Source: Gemmatimonadota bacterium (GTDB lineage Bacteria > Gemmatimonadota > Gemmatimonadetes > Palauibacterales > Palauibacteraceae). Taken from it: a stretch of 64,000 bases of DNA. Under the pieces are notes generated by a model. That model searched no databases. It saw nothing but the letters and a program-made list of their open reading frames with translations, and was not told where the DNA came from. Location of the stretch: NCBI GenBank assembly GCA_965116475.1, contig OZ220691.1, positions 192,001 through 256,000 on the forward strand, given 5' to 3'. Both the position numbers and the translations under genes were made by a program. Shown here piece by piece: positions 1 to 10,221 of the stretch (position 1 is its first letter; each line of letters starts with the position of its first letter).

Positions 1-986
1 ACGATGGCGCCGGCCAGGTCGGCGGCCGAAGCGGCGGCGATGTGGCGCCCGTTCAGCCAGCCGAGCTTCTCCAGGTCGAACACCGCGCTCTTCTTCAGCA
101 CCCGACCAAGGGAAAACGCGTCGATCAGGCCTGCGGCATCGAACACCTCCCGGTCGTCTCCCGGCGACCAGCCGAGGAGCGCGAGGAAGTTCACCATCCC
201 CGCGGGCAGATAGCCGGCGTCGCGATAGGCGAGGACGGACAGCGCGCCGTGGCGCTTCGAGAGCCGCTTGCCGTCCGGCCCGAGGATCAGCGGCACGTGC
301 CCGAAGGCGGGGAGCGGCCGGCCCAGGGCCCGGTAGAGGAGAATCTGCTTCGGCGTGTTCGAGAGGTGGTCGTCCCCGCGGATCACGTGGGTGATCCCGG
401 CCTCCGCATCGTCGGAGACGACGGCGAGATTGTAGACGGGCGTCCCGTCGGAGCGAAGGACGATGAAGTCGTCGATCGATCCGGCGGGGAAAGACATCGG
501 CCCGTGGATCTTGTCCTCCCATTCGATCGCCTCCTCCGGCGCCCGGACGCGGAGCGCGAACGGCTCCCCGGCATCGGCCCGTTGGCTTGACGCTGCGGGA
601 TCCAGTCGCCCGCAGCGGCCGTCGTAGCCGTATCCCGACCCGGCCCGCTTCGCCTCCTCGCGCCGCGCCGCGAGTTCCCCGGCGCTGCAGAAGCACCGGT
701 AGGCGGCGCCCTGGCCGAGCAGGTCGATGGCATCGCGCCGGTGGCGCTCGATGCCGTCCGCCTGGAACACCGGCCCCTCATCCACGTCCAGCCCCAGCCA
801 CGCAAGTCCATCCAGGATGGCCCGCGTGTGCTCGGGTCGGGAACGCGCCCGGTCGGTGTCCTCCACGCGCAGGAGAAAGGTCCCGCCCGTGCGGCGGGCA
901 TACAGCCAGTTGAACAGCGCCGTGCGCGCGCCGCCCACGTGCAGGAAACCGGTGGGGCTGGGGGCGAACCGCACTCGTACCGTCAA
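1..986 (-). CDS. gltX: Glutamate--tRNA ligase, 5' part (runs off window start)
   Basis: Not in the ORF track. TTG start at 986 with GAGGAG RBS reads MTVRVRFAPSPTGFLHVGGARTALFNW (class I HIGH-type motif of GluRS), followed by FLLRVEDTDRARS, AYRCFC and HVIRGDDHLSNTPKQ. Confidence 0.95.
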   Translation of the reverse strand, partial: MTVRVRFAPSPTGFLHVGGARTALFNWLYARRTGGTFLLRVEDTDRARSRPEHTRAILDGLAWLGLDVDEGPVFQADGIERHRRDAIDLLGQGAAYRCFCSAGELAARREEAKRAGSGYGYDGRCGRLDPAASSQRADAGEPFALRVRAPEEAIEWEDKIHGPMSFPAGSIDDFIVLRSDGTPVYNLAVVSDDAEAGITHVIRGDDHLSNTPKQILLYRALGRPLPAFGHVPLILGPDGKRLSKRHGALSVLAYRDAGYLPAGMVNFLALLGWSPGDDREVFDAAGLIDAFSLGRVLKKSAVFDLEKLGWLNGRHIAAASAADLAGAI

Positions 987-1088
987 TCTGCGCTCCTCTT
1001 CGTCGGGGAAACCGCCGAACTCCGCGCGCCCGCGCCCCCGCGCGCCGAAGCACCTGGATCGTTCCATCTTGGATGGACGACCGATAGG

Positions 1089-2387
1089 ATGCCACGCATG
1101 CGTCCTGGATCCGCCTTCGTCCTCCCCGGCCTCCGCAGTCCGTTTGCGAAGATCGACCGCGAACTCTCCCGCTTCGACGGTCTGGCGCTCTCCGCCCCGG
1201 TGATCCAGCAGACGGTGGCGGGGGACGGGGGCCCGGGCCGAGACGAGGCGGGCCGGATCGATCTCTTCCTGTGGGGCGCGGTCATCCCCTCGCTCACGGT
1301 GAGCAACTGGGGCCGGGAAGTCTGGTTCGACGCGGGCCTCGACGCGAGCGTCCCGGCACAGGGCATCGTTCAGGCGTGCGCCACGTCGATCGCCGCCGCA
1401 ACTCTCGGCGCGGGTCAGGTGGCCGCGGGACGGGCGGACCTCGTGCTCTGCGGCGGCGTGGAGTCGATGAGCCACGCGCAGATCGGACTCTCGCCGGGAC
1501 TCAGCCGCACGATCCGGCGCGCGGGGAGCGCGGGCAGCCCGCCGCGCATGGTGCGGACGCTGGCGGGGATTCGCCCCCGCGACCTCCGGATCTCTGCACC
1601 GGCCGTCAAGGAGCGGACGACGGGGAAGACCATGGGCCGGCACGCCGAGGAGATGGCGGGCGAGTGGGACATCTCGCGCCAGGCCCAGGACCGTTTTGCG
1701 CTCGCGAGTCACGAGGGCGCCGCCCGGGACGAAGGAGCGTTCTTCCGGCGGCTGCTCGTCACGCCCGGCACCTTCCCCATCGACCGCGACACTCTCCCGC
1801 GCCCGGGAACGTCGCTGGAGAAGCTCGCCGGACTCCGCCCCGCCTTCTCCCGCTCCGGGGGGACGCTCACGGCGGGCAACTCGACCCCGCTCACGGACGG
1901 GGCCGCCGCGTGCTGGGTCGCGTCCGAGGCCGGGCTCTCCCTGCTCCCCGACTCCATCCCCCGCGCGCGCCTGCTCGACTGGCGGCAGGCCGCGATCGAT
2001 CCGGACCGGGAGGGGCTCCTCATCGCCCCGGCCCTCGCGATCGCCGATCTGCTCCACCGCCACGGACTGACGCTCGAGGACATCGGGCTGTGGGAGTTCC
2101 ACGAGGCGTTCGCGGCGCAGGTCCTGTGCACGGTTGCCGCCCTCGAGGACTCCGAGTGGCTTGCCGCGCGCTCCTCCGTGAAGGACGGTCTCGGCGCCTT
2201 CCCGCGCGACCGGGTCAACCCCAACGGCGGCAGCGTCGCGCTCGGGCACCCCTTCGGCGCCACCGGAGCCCGCATCCTCTCCCAGACGGTGCTCGAACTC
2301 GCCGACCACCCGGCCGGGACGCGCGCGATCGTCAGCGTGTGCGCCGCAGGCGGCCTCGGCCATGTGGCGCTCCTGGAGGCCGTCTAG
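1089..2387 (+). CDS. Acetyl-CoA C-acyltransferase (thiolase, FadI/HADHB-like)
   Basis: Motifs ACATS, GGVESMS, TAGNSTPLTDGAAA, HEAF, GHPFGATG and VCAAGG. Start at 1089 or 1098; the upstream ORF extension overlaps gltX. Confidence 0.9.
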   Translation: MPRMRPGSAFVLPGLRSPFAKIDRELSRFDGLALSAPVIQQTVAGDGGPGRDEAGRIDLFLWGAVIPSLTVSNWGREVWFDAGLDASVPAQGIVQACATSIAAATLGAGQVAAGRADLVLCGGVESMSHAQIGLSPGLSRTIRRAGSAGSPPRMVRTLAGIRPRDLRISAPAVKERTTGKTMGRHAEEMAGEWDISRQAQDRFALASHEGAARDEGAFFRRLLVTPGTFPIDRDTLPRPGTSLEKLAGLRPAFSRSGGTLTAGNSTPLTDGAAACWVASEAGLSLLPDSIPRARLLDWRQAAIDPDREGLLIAPALAIADLLHRHGLTLEDIGLWEFHEAFAAQVLCTVAALEDSEWLAARSSVKDGLGAFPRDRVNPNGGSVALGHPFGATGARILSQTVLELADHPAGTRAIVSVCAAGGLGHVALLEAV

Positions 2388-2394
2388 CGCTGCA

Positions 2395-3447
2395 CTAGCG
2401 GCGGAGTTCGAAGGTCAGGCCCAGGAGCGCGGTGAAAAGGACGAGCGCGTTCGCCTGGTGGAGCGCCGCCAGGGAGATGGGGACGAAGAGCAGCAGCGTC
2501 GCGACCCCCAGCGCCGCCTGCACCCACACCGTCGCGAAGCCCGCGTGCGCCCACGTTCTCGCCGCCCCCCGGGCGCGCCGCGCGCAGATCCACCAGAGCG
2601 CCGTGACGCCCGCGAGCAGGAGCATGGCGAGGATACGGTGGTTGAACTGCGCCGTCGTCCGGTCCTCGAAGGGGCTCAGCCACCAGGGGGTCGCCCCGAA
2701 GAGGTCGGGCGGGATCCAGCCGGCCCCCATCCTCGGGAACGTGTTGTAGACGAGCCCAGCGTCCAGGCCCGCCACGAAGCCGCCCGAGAGCAGGGTGAGC
2801 GCGGCGAGGCCGAGCACGAGGGCGGACCCCCGTCGAAGGCCGGTCCCCCGCTCGAACCCCGGGCCGCCGTTCCCCGCCCCGGGGCGCAGCAGCGAGAGCG
2901 CGGTCCAGAGCGTGAGGGCGTAGACGAGCACGGCGAGCGCGAGGTGCGCGGTCAGCCGGTAGGGGCTCACGCGGGGGATGTCGACGAGTCCGCTCCGCAC
3001 CATCCACCAGCCGAGCAGTCCCTGTGCACCGCCCAGCGCGAACAGAATCAGGAGGCGGGGGATGAGGGCTCGGGGAATCATCCGCCGCAGAAGGAAGACC
3101 GCGAAGGGGATGATGAAGACGAGGCCGATCACGCGGCCCAGGAGCCGGTGCGCATACTCGAACCAGAAGATGCGCTTGAACTCGGCCAGCGACATGCCGC
3201 GGTTCACGAGCCGATACTCCGGCGAGTCGCGATAGGCGCCGAACTCGCGCTCCCAGGCCTCGGCGCTCATCGGAGGCACGACGCCGCTCACCGGCTCCCA
3301 ATCGACCATCGAGAGGCCCGACCCGGTCAGGCGGGTTACGCCTCCCACGACGAGCGTCGCCGCGACGAGCGCGCAGCCGACCAGGAGCCAGGCCGCGATG
3401 ATCCGCGCGTGGCGCCGCGATCCGCTCTGAAGAGGAGGCGATGGCAT
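2395..3447 (-). CDS. ctaA: Heme A synthase (COX15/CtaA)
   Basis: GGVTRLTGSGLSMVDW, FWFEYAHRLLGR, GWWMVRSGL, LTAHL, QFNHR and LHQANA; multiple hydrophobic helices. Start chosen at MPSPP. Confidence 0.93.
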   Translation of the reverse strand: MPSPPLQSGSRRHARIIAAWLLVGCALVAATLVVGGVTRLTGSGLSMVDWEPVSGVVPPMSAEAWEREFGAYRDSPEYRLVNRGMSLAEFKRIFWFEYAHRLLGRVIGLVFIIPFAVFLLRRMIPRALIPRLLILFALGGAQGLLGWWMVRSGLVDIPRVSPYRLTAHLALAVLVYALTLWTALSLLRPGAGNGGPGFERGTGLRRGSALVLGLAALTLLSGGFVAGLDAGLVYNTFPRMGAGWIPPDLFGATPWWLSPFEDRTTAQFNHRILAMLLLAGVTALWWICARRARGAARTWAHAGFATVWVQAALGVATLLLFVPISLAALHQANALVLFTALLGLTFELRR

Positions 3448-3559
3448 GAGGCGTTCCGGGGTGCGTTTGCGCCGGTTTCGCGATCCGTGCGAACTTCGGT
3501 CCCTCCCGGAGTCACCGGGGCGCGGAAGATAGACGGGGACGGTGGAGAGGCCAAGCGCG

Positions 3560-5314
3560 ATGTCGGACTCCGGAGAACGCATTTCGATGTTCGCCCTCCA
3601 GCGGCTGGCCCCGAGGCTGCGGGCCCACCGCCCGGCGCTCGTCGGGGCGGGGATCTGCCTCCTTCTCAGCACCGCGATCGGGCTCGCCTTCCCCCTCGTC
3701 GTCCGCTACCTGATGGACGCGGCGTTCGGCGAGGGCGACCCCGCCCTCCTGGGGACGATCGCCCTCGGACTGCTGGGACTGTTCGCGCTCCAGGGCGTGT
3801 TCAACTTCGGCGAGACGTACTGGCTGGGGGCGACGGGCGAGCGGGTCGTGACGCAGTTGCGCGACGAACTCTTCTCGAAACTGGTCGGGCTCTCCCCCGG
3901 CTTCCACGCGGGACGCGCCAGCGGCGAACTCACCTCGCGGCTGGCCTCCGACTGCTCGACGCTCCAGCAGATCATGGGGCACCAGATCGCGGAACTCGTG
4001 CGGCAGGTGCTCTTCCTCGCCGGCGCGGTGATCCTCCTCACGCTCCTGCACTGGCAGTTGATGCTGACGACGCTGGCCGTGGCCCCGGTCGTCGTCCTCG
4101 CGGGCTTCGCTCTCGGCCGCCTCCTGCGGCGGCGGAGCACGGAGGTGCAGGACCGGCTCGCCGCCGCCCACGCCGTCGCGGACGAAGCCTTCGGCCAGAT
4201 CGAAGTCGTGCAGGGGTTCGTCCGGGAGGAGTGGGAGGCGGCCCGCTACCGGGCGGGGATCGCCGCGGCGCTCGATGCGGCGCTCTCGCGGGCGGTGGCG
4301 CGGGCGATCCTCTTCGGGGTGCTCACGGTGGTCGCCTTCGGCGGCATCGTGGCGGTCCTGTGGCAGGGCGGGCGGCTCGTGCTCGCGGGCCAGATCACGG
4401 CCGGCCAACTGGTGTCGTTCCTCCTCTACGCCTTCTCCGTCGCGGCGGCGATCATGGCGCTCGCTTCGCTGTGGGGCAGCTACCAGGAGGCACAGGGCGC
4501 CGCCCGCCGGGTGTTCGACCTCCTCGACCGCGACAGCGAGATCACGGATCCCGAGACGCCGCGAGCGCTCGGGGGAGAAGGACCGCCGGAGATCGCCTTC
4601 GAGGACGTCTCGTTTCGCTACGGCGAGGACGAACCTTGGGCCCTGGAGGGGATCGGGGCGACGATCGCCCCCGGCGAGGTGGTCGCCCTCGTGGGGCCCA
4701 GCGGCGCAGGGAAAACGACTTTCGCGTCCCTCATCCCCCGCTTCTGGGATACGACCGAGGGGCGCGTGCGCGTGCGCGGAACCGACGTGCGGGCCTGCGG
4801 ACTTGCGGACCTGAGGTCGCGGATCGGCATCGTGCCGCAGGACCACCCGCTGTTCGCCGGCACGGTCGGGGAGAACATCGCCTACGGGCGGCCGGACGCG
4901 GACCGTTCGGCAATCGAGGCGGCGGCGGAAGCGGCGCACGCGCGCGAGTTCATCGAGCGCCTTCCCGACGGTTACGACACGCGGGTCGGCGAGCGCGGGG
5001 TCCGGCTCTCCGGCGGGCAGCGGCAGCGGATCGCGATCGCCCGCGTGCTCCTCAAGGAACCCGAGATCCTCATCCTGGACGAGGCCACGAGCGGCCTGGA
5101 CGCCGAAAGCGAGGCACTGGTCGAGGAGGCGCTACAGGTCGCCTCCGCGGGGCGGACGACCGTCATCATCGCCCACCGCCTGCGCACGGTGCGGCGCGCC
5201 CACCGCCTCTTCGTCCTGGATCGGGGACGCCTGGTGGACAGCGGCCCGCACGACGCGCTCATCGGCCGCTGCGAACTCTACGCCCGCCTCTACGAGGGCC
5301 AGCAGCTCGCCTGA
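3560..5314 (+). CDS. ABC transporter fused permease/ATPase (MsbA-like exporter)
   Basis: N-terminal TM domain, Walker A GPSGAGKT, signature LSGGQRQR, Walker B ILILDE, and IAHRL. Confidence 0.93.
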   Translation: MSDSGERISMFALQRLAPRLRAHRPALVGAGICLLLSTAIGLAFPLVVRYLMDAAFGEGDPALLGTIALGLLGLFALQGVFNFGETYWLGATGERVVTQLRDELFSKLVGLSPGFHAGRASGELTSRLASDCSTLQQIMGHQIAELVRQVLFLAGAVILLTLLHWQLMLTTLAVAPVVVLAGFALGRLLRRRSTEVQDRLAAAHAVADEAFGQIEVVQGFVREEWEAARYRAGIAAALDAALSRAVARAILFGVLTVVAFGGIVAVLWQGGRLVLAGQITAGQLVSFLLYAFSVAAAIMALASLWGSYQEAQGAARRVFDLLDRDSEITDPETPRALGGEGPPEIAFEDVSFRYGEDEPWALEGIGATIAPGEVVALVGPSGAGKTTFASLIPRFWDTTEGRVRVRGTDVRACGLADLRSRIGIVPQDHPLFAGTVGENIAYGRPDADRSAIEAAAEAAHAREFIERLPDGYDTRVGERGVRLSGGQRQRIAIARVLLKEPEILILDEATSGLDAESEALVEEALQVASAGRTTVIIAHRLRTVRRAHRLFVLDRGRLVDSGPHDALIGRCELYARLYEGQQLA

Positions 5315-5342
5315 GCCCGGTTCGCCGCCGACGCCGGGACCG

Positions 5343-5906
5343 TCAGTGGAGGAGGGCTTCGATCTCCGCCGTCAGGGAGGCGGCGGTCTGGGGGCCGAGG
5401 AGTTCCTTCCGGATCCATCCCTCCGCATCCACCATCACGGTGGTCGGGAAGCCCACGGCGCCGAAGGTGGCGACGGCGTCATCCATGCCCATCATCCAGT
5501 TGGGGTACTCGACGCCGAACTCCTCGAGGAAGTCGCGGATCTCATCGACATCGCCGGAATCGACGGCAAGTCCCAGGATGACGACGGGCCGGTCATCGTA
5601 AATGCGGGCCAACTCCACGAGTTCCGGCAACTCGTCGCGGCACGGAAGACACCACGTGCCCCACAGGTTCGCGACGACCACGTTGCCCCGCAGGTCGCTG
5701 AGGCGCGCCTCGCCGCCCTCCAGGGTGCGGAAGACGTCGTCGGGCGCCGGTTTCGCGCCCGAGGGCACCGCGTCCGCAAAGGTCGCTTCGCGATCCGCCG
5801 CTCCCCCGCCCGCGGCGGAGGCATCGTCGCCCGGGGCGCACCCGAGCCCGATCAGCGCCACGAGGGCGACCGCACTCCACGCGCCCGTCATCCGGTCAGC
5901 TCGCAT
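5343..5906 (-). CDS. TlpA/ResA-family thiol-disulfide oxidoreductase lipoprotein
   Basis: Lipobox-like LGLGC, WGTWCLPC (CxxC), and GFPTT cis-Pro loop. Confidence 0.88.
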   Translation of the reverse strand: MRADRMTGAWSAVALVALIGLGCAPGDDASAAGGGAADREATFADAVPSGAKPAPDDVFRTLEGGEARLSDLRGNVVVANLWGTWCLPCRDELPELVELARIYDDRPVVILGLAVDSGDVDEIRDFLEEFGVEYPNWMMGMDDAVATFGAVGFPTTVMVDAEGWIRKELLGPQTAASLTAEIEALLH

Positions 5907-7617
5907 CGGCCGCCTCCGGTGTGAGGACGACGCCCGGGAGCTCCCACGTGAGCTCGCCGCCGTCGACCACGAACGTGCCGCCCACCAGTACGTAGTCCAC
6001 GCCCGATGGGTACTGGTGAGGCTCGAAGAAGGTCGCGTGGTCGCGGAGTTCGTCCAGGTCCAGCACGGCGATGTCGGCCACCAGTCCTTCCCGGATGAGG
6101 CCCCGGTCGCCGAGCCCCATGACCTGCGCCGGGAGGCTCGTCATCGAGCGCACCGCGCTCTCCACCGACAGGATGCCGAGGTCCATCGCATAGCGCCTGA
6201 TCTTGCGGGGGAAGGTGCCGTAGAAGCGCGCGTGTACCGGCCCGTCGCCGGGGAGAGCGATGCCGGCATCGGACGCGGTCACGAGCCACGGATGGGCCGA
6301 AAACTCCTCGACATCGATCTCCGACAGCGAGAACCCGCGCACGCGCGCCCCGCCGGGTCGTGCGCGGTCGCCCTCCAGCTGCAGCCGGATCGCCACCTCG
6401 ACCGGGAACGCGTCCCACTCGGCCGCCAACTCCGCCACCGTCCTGCCCACCAGCGACTCGTCGGGGTGGTCCATGACGACGAGGTTCTCGGGCCCGCCGC
6501 GCCGGCTGATCTCGTGCGCGATATCGAGGCGGACCCGTTCACCGCGTTCGGGGTCGGAGAGCGCGTACGTGAGCACCGCGGCGTAGTCGACCGCTTCCCC
6601 GCCTCCCGGACGCGCGCCCGGACCGCCGCCGGGAAAGATCCAGCGGGGGAGGAGCACGGTGTTCCCGTCGCTGCCCGTCGTGTTGTAGGGGTACTGGTCG
6701 GCGAAGATCGGGACGCCGCGCGCCCGGGCCCGCTCGATGAGGTCGACGAGCGCGCGCCCGGCGCCCCAGAAGTCCGCGCCCCGGGCCTTGATGTGGGTCG
6801 CCACCGTCGTCACTCCCGTGCGTTCGGCGACTTCGATGTCCTCGAGGATCGTCTGGATCATGGTCGGCGGCCCCGGATCGTCCTGGCTCGGCCAGAACCA
6901 CATCGGCGTCATGCCGGAACTGCGTTCGTGCACGATGTAGATGCCGCCGCCCCGTCCGGCCGCCTCGACGAGCGGGAAGAGTTCGGAGGTCTCGCTCCAG
7001 ATCCCGGGCACGTACTCGAGGCCGGCGCTGAGGCCGTAGGCGCCCTCGGCCATCCCCTGCTCCACCATCTCCGTCATGCGCTGCACCTCGGCCGGAGTCG
7101 ACGGGCGCATGAAGTCGTCGCCGAGCGCCATGCGCCGGATCGTGTTGTGCCCGATCATGAGCGCCGCGTTGGGCCCATGGCCGCGGGACTCGAGGCGGCC
7201 GCGCTGGTCGGCGATCGGCCACGACCCGCCGCCGTCCTGGTTGATGACGACGGTGGTGATGCCCTGGCTCACGAGGTTCGGGGCGGCCCGGCGGCGCGCT
7301 CCTTCGCTTCCGGCATCTCCTTCCGCGTCGAGTGCCTGGTCCGCGTGCGAATGAATGTCGATGAACCCGGGGACGACGTACCGGCCGTCGAGCTCGATCA
7401 CGCGGTCGGCGGTGGCGTCGGCCAGGTCCCCGACCCGGGAGATGCGCCCGTCGCGGATCCCCACATCCGCGCGGAACCAGGGATTTCCCGTGCCGTCCAG
7501 AACGCGTCCGCCGCGCAGGAGGACATCGAAGGCCGGTTCCTGGGCGGCCGCGGTCGCAACGTGCGGTAACCCGAGGCCGGCGGCGCAAAGGAGCGCGCCA
7601 AGGACTCTGCGGTTCAT
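5896..7617 (-). CDS. Secreted N-acyl-D-amino-acid deacylase (amidohydrolase family)
   Basis: Signal peptide MNRRVLGALL...AAAQ; PGFIDIHSH, GLSAGLEYVPG, HARFYGTFPR and MTSLPA. Confidence 0.88.
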   Translation of the reverse strand: MNRRVLGALLCAAGLGLPHVATAAAQEPAFDVLLRGGRVLDGTGNPWFRADVGIRDGRISRVGDLADATADRVIELDGRYVVPGFIDIHSHADQALDAEGDAGSEGARRRAAPNLVSQGITTVVINQDGGGSWPIADQRGRLESRGHGPNAALMIGHNTIRRMALGDDFMRPSTPAEVQRMTEMVEQGMAEGAYGLSAGLEYVPGIWSETSELFPLVEAAGRGGGIYIVHERSSGMTPMWFWPSQDDPGPPTMIQTILEDIEVAERTGVTTVATHIKARGADFWGAGRALVDLIERARARGVPIFADQYPYNTTGSDGNTVLLPRWIFPGGGPGARPGGGEAVDYAAVLTYALSDPERGERVRLDIAHEISRRGGPENLVVMDHPDESLVGRTVAELAAEWDAFPVEVAIRLQLEGDRARPGGARVRGFSLSEIDVEEFSAHPWLVTASDAGIALPGDGPVHARFYGTFPRKIRRYAMDLGILSVESAVRSMTSLPAQVMGLGDRGLIREGLVADIAVLDLDELRDHATFFEPHQYPSGVDYVLVGGTFVVDGGELTWELPGVVLTPEAADAS

Positions 7618-7659
7618 GATCGCTTCCCGTGTGAGAGGTGCAAGGTCGTGGCCGCACGC

Positions 7660-7694
7660 GGACTGCAAACGTGGACTGCAAACGTGGACTGCAA
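7660..7694. repeat. 13-bp tandem repeat GGACTGCAAACGT, about 2.7 copies
   Basis: Reads ggactgcaaacgt-ggactgcaaacgt-ggactgcaa in the divergent gap between the deacylase and hemE. Confidence 0.85.
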
Positions 7695-7768
7695 GCTACG
7701 AAAGGTCTCGCGCGGGTCCAACGGTGCGGTTTGGCGCGCGGCGGGCGGCGGGGTAACATCGGCAAGCC

Positions 7769-8788
7769 ATGAACGATCTCCTTCTGCGCGCGCTCGCGCG
7801 CCAACCCGTGGAGCGGACGCCGGTGTGGTTCATGCGGCAGGCGGGACGTTCCCTCCCCGCCTACCGCGAACTCCGCCGGGAGCACGGGTTTCTCGACCTC
7901 GTGCGCGACCCCGAGGCGGCGGCCCGGGTCACGCGACTCCCGCTCGATTACTTCGACATCGACGCCCTCGTCCTCTTCATGGACCTGTCGACGCCGTTCG
8001 AGGCGGCCGGGGTCGAGATCGAACTGCGGGCCGGCGTCGGGCCGGTCCCGCTGCCCCCCTGGAACGGCCTCGCGGATGTGGAGCGACTGCGCCCCTTCGA
8101 GCCGCGGGAGCGCCTCGCCTTCGTGCTCGAGGCGATCCGGCTCCTCGCAGACGGGGAACGCCCGATCATCGGCTTCGTGGGCGCCCCCTTCACCCTGTGC
8201 TCGTACCTCGCGCGCGGCACGCGCGACAGCCGGCTCGCGCAGCTGCGGGCCTTCATGCTCCGGTCCCCCGCGCTCTGGGACCGGCTCGCGGGGTTCTGGG
8301 CCGAGCACCTGGCGGAGTTCGCGATCGCTCAGCACGAGGCCGGCGCCGGCGCCATCCAGGTGTTCGACTCCTGGTGCGGCATCCTCGATCCCCTCACGTA
8401 CCGGGCGCACGTGCTTCCCTACTCGCGACGTCTCCTGGAGCGGCTCCGCGAGCAGGGGATCCCTACGGTGCACTACGGCGCCACGCACGCCGCGGTGGCG
8501 GAGGCGGGGGGCGACGCGATCGGCGTCGATTGGCGCACGCCGCTCGACGAGGCGTGGGATGTCATCGGCCCGGAGCGCGCGATACAGGGGAACCTCGATC
8601 CGGCCTGCATCCTGGCGGGCGAGGAGGCGGCGCGCGCGGGGACGCGCGATGTGCTGCGGCGGGCAGACGGGCGCCCCGGCCACATCTTCAACCTGGGGCA
8701 CGGTCTCCACCCGGATTCCGACCCGGAGGTGATCGCCGCCGTGGTCGACGAGGTCCGGTGCCGGAGTCGGCGGGACAGCAACGGCTGA
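7769..8788 (+). CDS. hemE: Uroporphyrinogen decarboxylase
   Basis: PVWFMRQAGR, IIGFVGAPFTL, IQVFDSW, QGNLDP and HIFNLGHG. Confidence 0.95.
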   Translation: MNDLLLRALARQPVERTPVWFMRQAGRSLPAYRELRREHGFLDLVRDPEAAARVTRLPLDYFDIDALVLFMDLSTPFEAAGVEIELRAGVGPVPLPPWNGLADVERLRPFEPRERLAFVLEAIRLLADGERPIIGFVGAPFTLCSYLARGTRDSRLAQLRAFMLRSPALWDRLAGFWAEHLAEFAIAQHEAGAGAIQVFDSWCGILDPLTYRAHVLPYSRRLLERLREQGIPTVHYGATHAAVAEAGGDAIGVDWRTPLDEAWDVIGPERAIQGNLDPACILAGEEAARAGTRDVLRRADGRPGHIFNLGHGLHPDSDPEVIAAVVDEVRCRSRRDSNG

Positions 8789-8790
8789 GG

Positions 8791-8812
8791 ACGTTCCCGC
8801 GGGAACGCGGGC
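8791..8812. repeat. Palindromic intergenic element, copy 1 (ACGTTCCCGCGGGAACGCGGGC)
   Basis: Contains the perfect palindrome CGTTCCCGCGGGAACG; identical 22-mer at 47108-47129. Confidence 0.8.
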
Positions 8813-8825
8813 AGGCGCGACGGCC

Positions 8826-10091
8826 TCAGGCGCGCGCGGCGAGGCGCTCCGCGACCGACTCGGCCTGGGCGATTCGGCTCGATATGCCCAGCCGTCCGGT
8901 GTAGCCGGCGGCCAGCGTGATGCCCGGAGGAAGGTCGAGCCCGTCCAGCGCCGCCCACGAACCGTCATACGCCGGGAGCCGGGGACGGGCCGTACGGATC
9001 GGCGTCGCCGCCACGCCATGGATCGCCTCGTACTCGCCCGCCGCGGTCCGCTCGAGTCGGCCGGTGTCCCAGGCGGCGACATCGGGGTCGAGGCCGCCGC
9101 CCAGATAGGCCGTACACAGGCCATCGCGCCCGAACAGCGAGGCGTTCCATGTCACGCCGCGCGTCCGCCACCGTTCTCCCAGGGCGACCTGGAACCCGAA
9201 CCCTTCGGGCGCGCTCTCCGCGAGGAGCGGCACCACGGTCACGCGGTGATACCGCAGCTCCGCGAGACGGTCGGCCGCGGCCGGCGCGGCGGTCTTGAGA
9301 AGATCCGCGGCGGCGGGCGCCGGCGTCGCGATCGCCACGTGGTCCACGGCCTCGGAGTCCGGCCGCGTGCCCCCGTGGGCGATCTCGAACCGCCGGCCGG
9401 AGCGCCGCAACCCGCCGACCGGCGCCGCGACCCGGACCCGGTCTGCGTGTCGGCGGGCGAGCGCGTGCGGGAGCGTGGCCATGCCGGCCCGAAACGTGAA
9501 CGCGGGCGGCGACGCGGCCGGCTGCCGGCGTCTCGCCGCGGCGAGGAGGCTGCGCTTCACGCCGAGCGGTCCGAGCAGCATGGGAAGGACACGCGCCGCC
9601 GGCATCGTCTCCGGATCGGATCCGAAGGTCGCGGAGATGAGAGGGCCGAAGAGCCGCCGGTACGCCTCGCGTCCGGCCTTGCGGCGAAAGTACCGGGCCA
9701 CGGACTCCCGCGGCCGAATCCCGCCGGTGAGAGGTTCGAGGGCGGCGCGGGCGCGTCCCGCCGGCGAGAGCAGGTCGCCCGTCAGGAGCCCGGCCGGCCG
9801 ACTCGGCACGACCCGCAGGCGACCGCGGACCCAGATGAACAGGCGCGCTCCGGACCGCGCCTCCAGCACCTCCTCCCGAAGCTCCAGTTCATCGACGAGT
9901 CGCCGCACCGGGGGCGAGAGGCGTGTGCGCTGGGGGCCGAGTTCGACGACCCGGTCGTCGTGGCGGGTGGTGCGGATCACCCCACCGACGTCATCGGCTC
10001 CCTCGAACAGGATCGAGTCGATGCCTCGCCGCGCCAGGGCGTGCGTGAGCGCCAGTCCCGTAATCCCTCCGCCGATGATTCCGACCCGCAT
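8826..10091 (-). CDS. hemY: Protoporphyrinogen/coproporphyrinogen oxidase (HemY-type flavoprotein)
   Basis: N-terminal IIGGGITGL FAD motif, ELGPQ and RESVARYF; lies between hemE and hemH. Confidence 0.88.
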   Translation of the reverse strand: MRVGIIGGGITGLALTHALARRGIDSILFEGADDVGGVIRTTRHDDRVVELGPQRTRLSPPVRRLVDELELREEVLEARSGARLFIWVRGRLRVVPSRPAGLLTGDLLSPAGRARAALEPLTGGIRPRESVARYFRRKAGREAYRRLFGPLISATFGSDPETMPAARVLPMLLGPLGVKRSLLAAARRRQPAASPPAFTFRAGMATLPHALARRHADRVRVAAPVGGLRRSGRRFEIAHGGTRPDSEAVDHVAIATPAPAAADLLKTAAPAAADRLAELRYHRVTVVPLLAESAPEGFGFQVALGERWRTRGVTWNASLFGRDGLCTAYLGGGLDPDVAAWDTGRLERTAAGEYEAIHGVAATPIRTARPRLPAYDGSWAALDGLDLPPGITLAAGYTGRLGISSRIAQAESVAERLAARA

Positions 10092-10221
10092 GCCCTCCCC
10101 CCTTCAGCTGCCCCGGCGCTCGGATGGCCGCGGCATTCGAGCGACACCGCACCGGGAGGCGGCAACGTCCGGCACCTTCCCGGCACGGGCAAGCCGGGGA
10201 CCGCGCCGATATGTTCGGGCG

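Noticed and set aside
741-1088. N-terminal extension of the thiolase ORF
   Set aside because: It is antisense to gltX; thiolase homology begins near 1089.
2362-5601. 1079-aa plus-strand ORF, and similar long Arg/Pro/Gly-rich ORFs (6539..9124, 13328..15436, 26612..29737, 42511..44646)
   Set aside because: Shadow frames of well-supported genes, as expected in high-GC DNA; no motifs.
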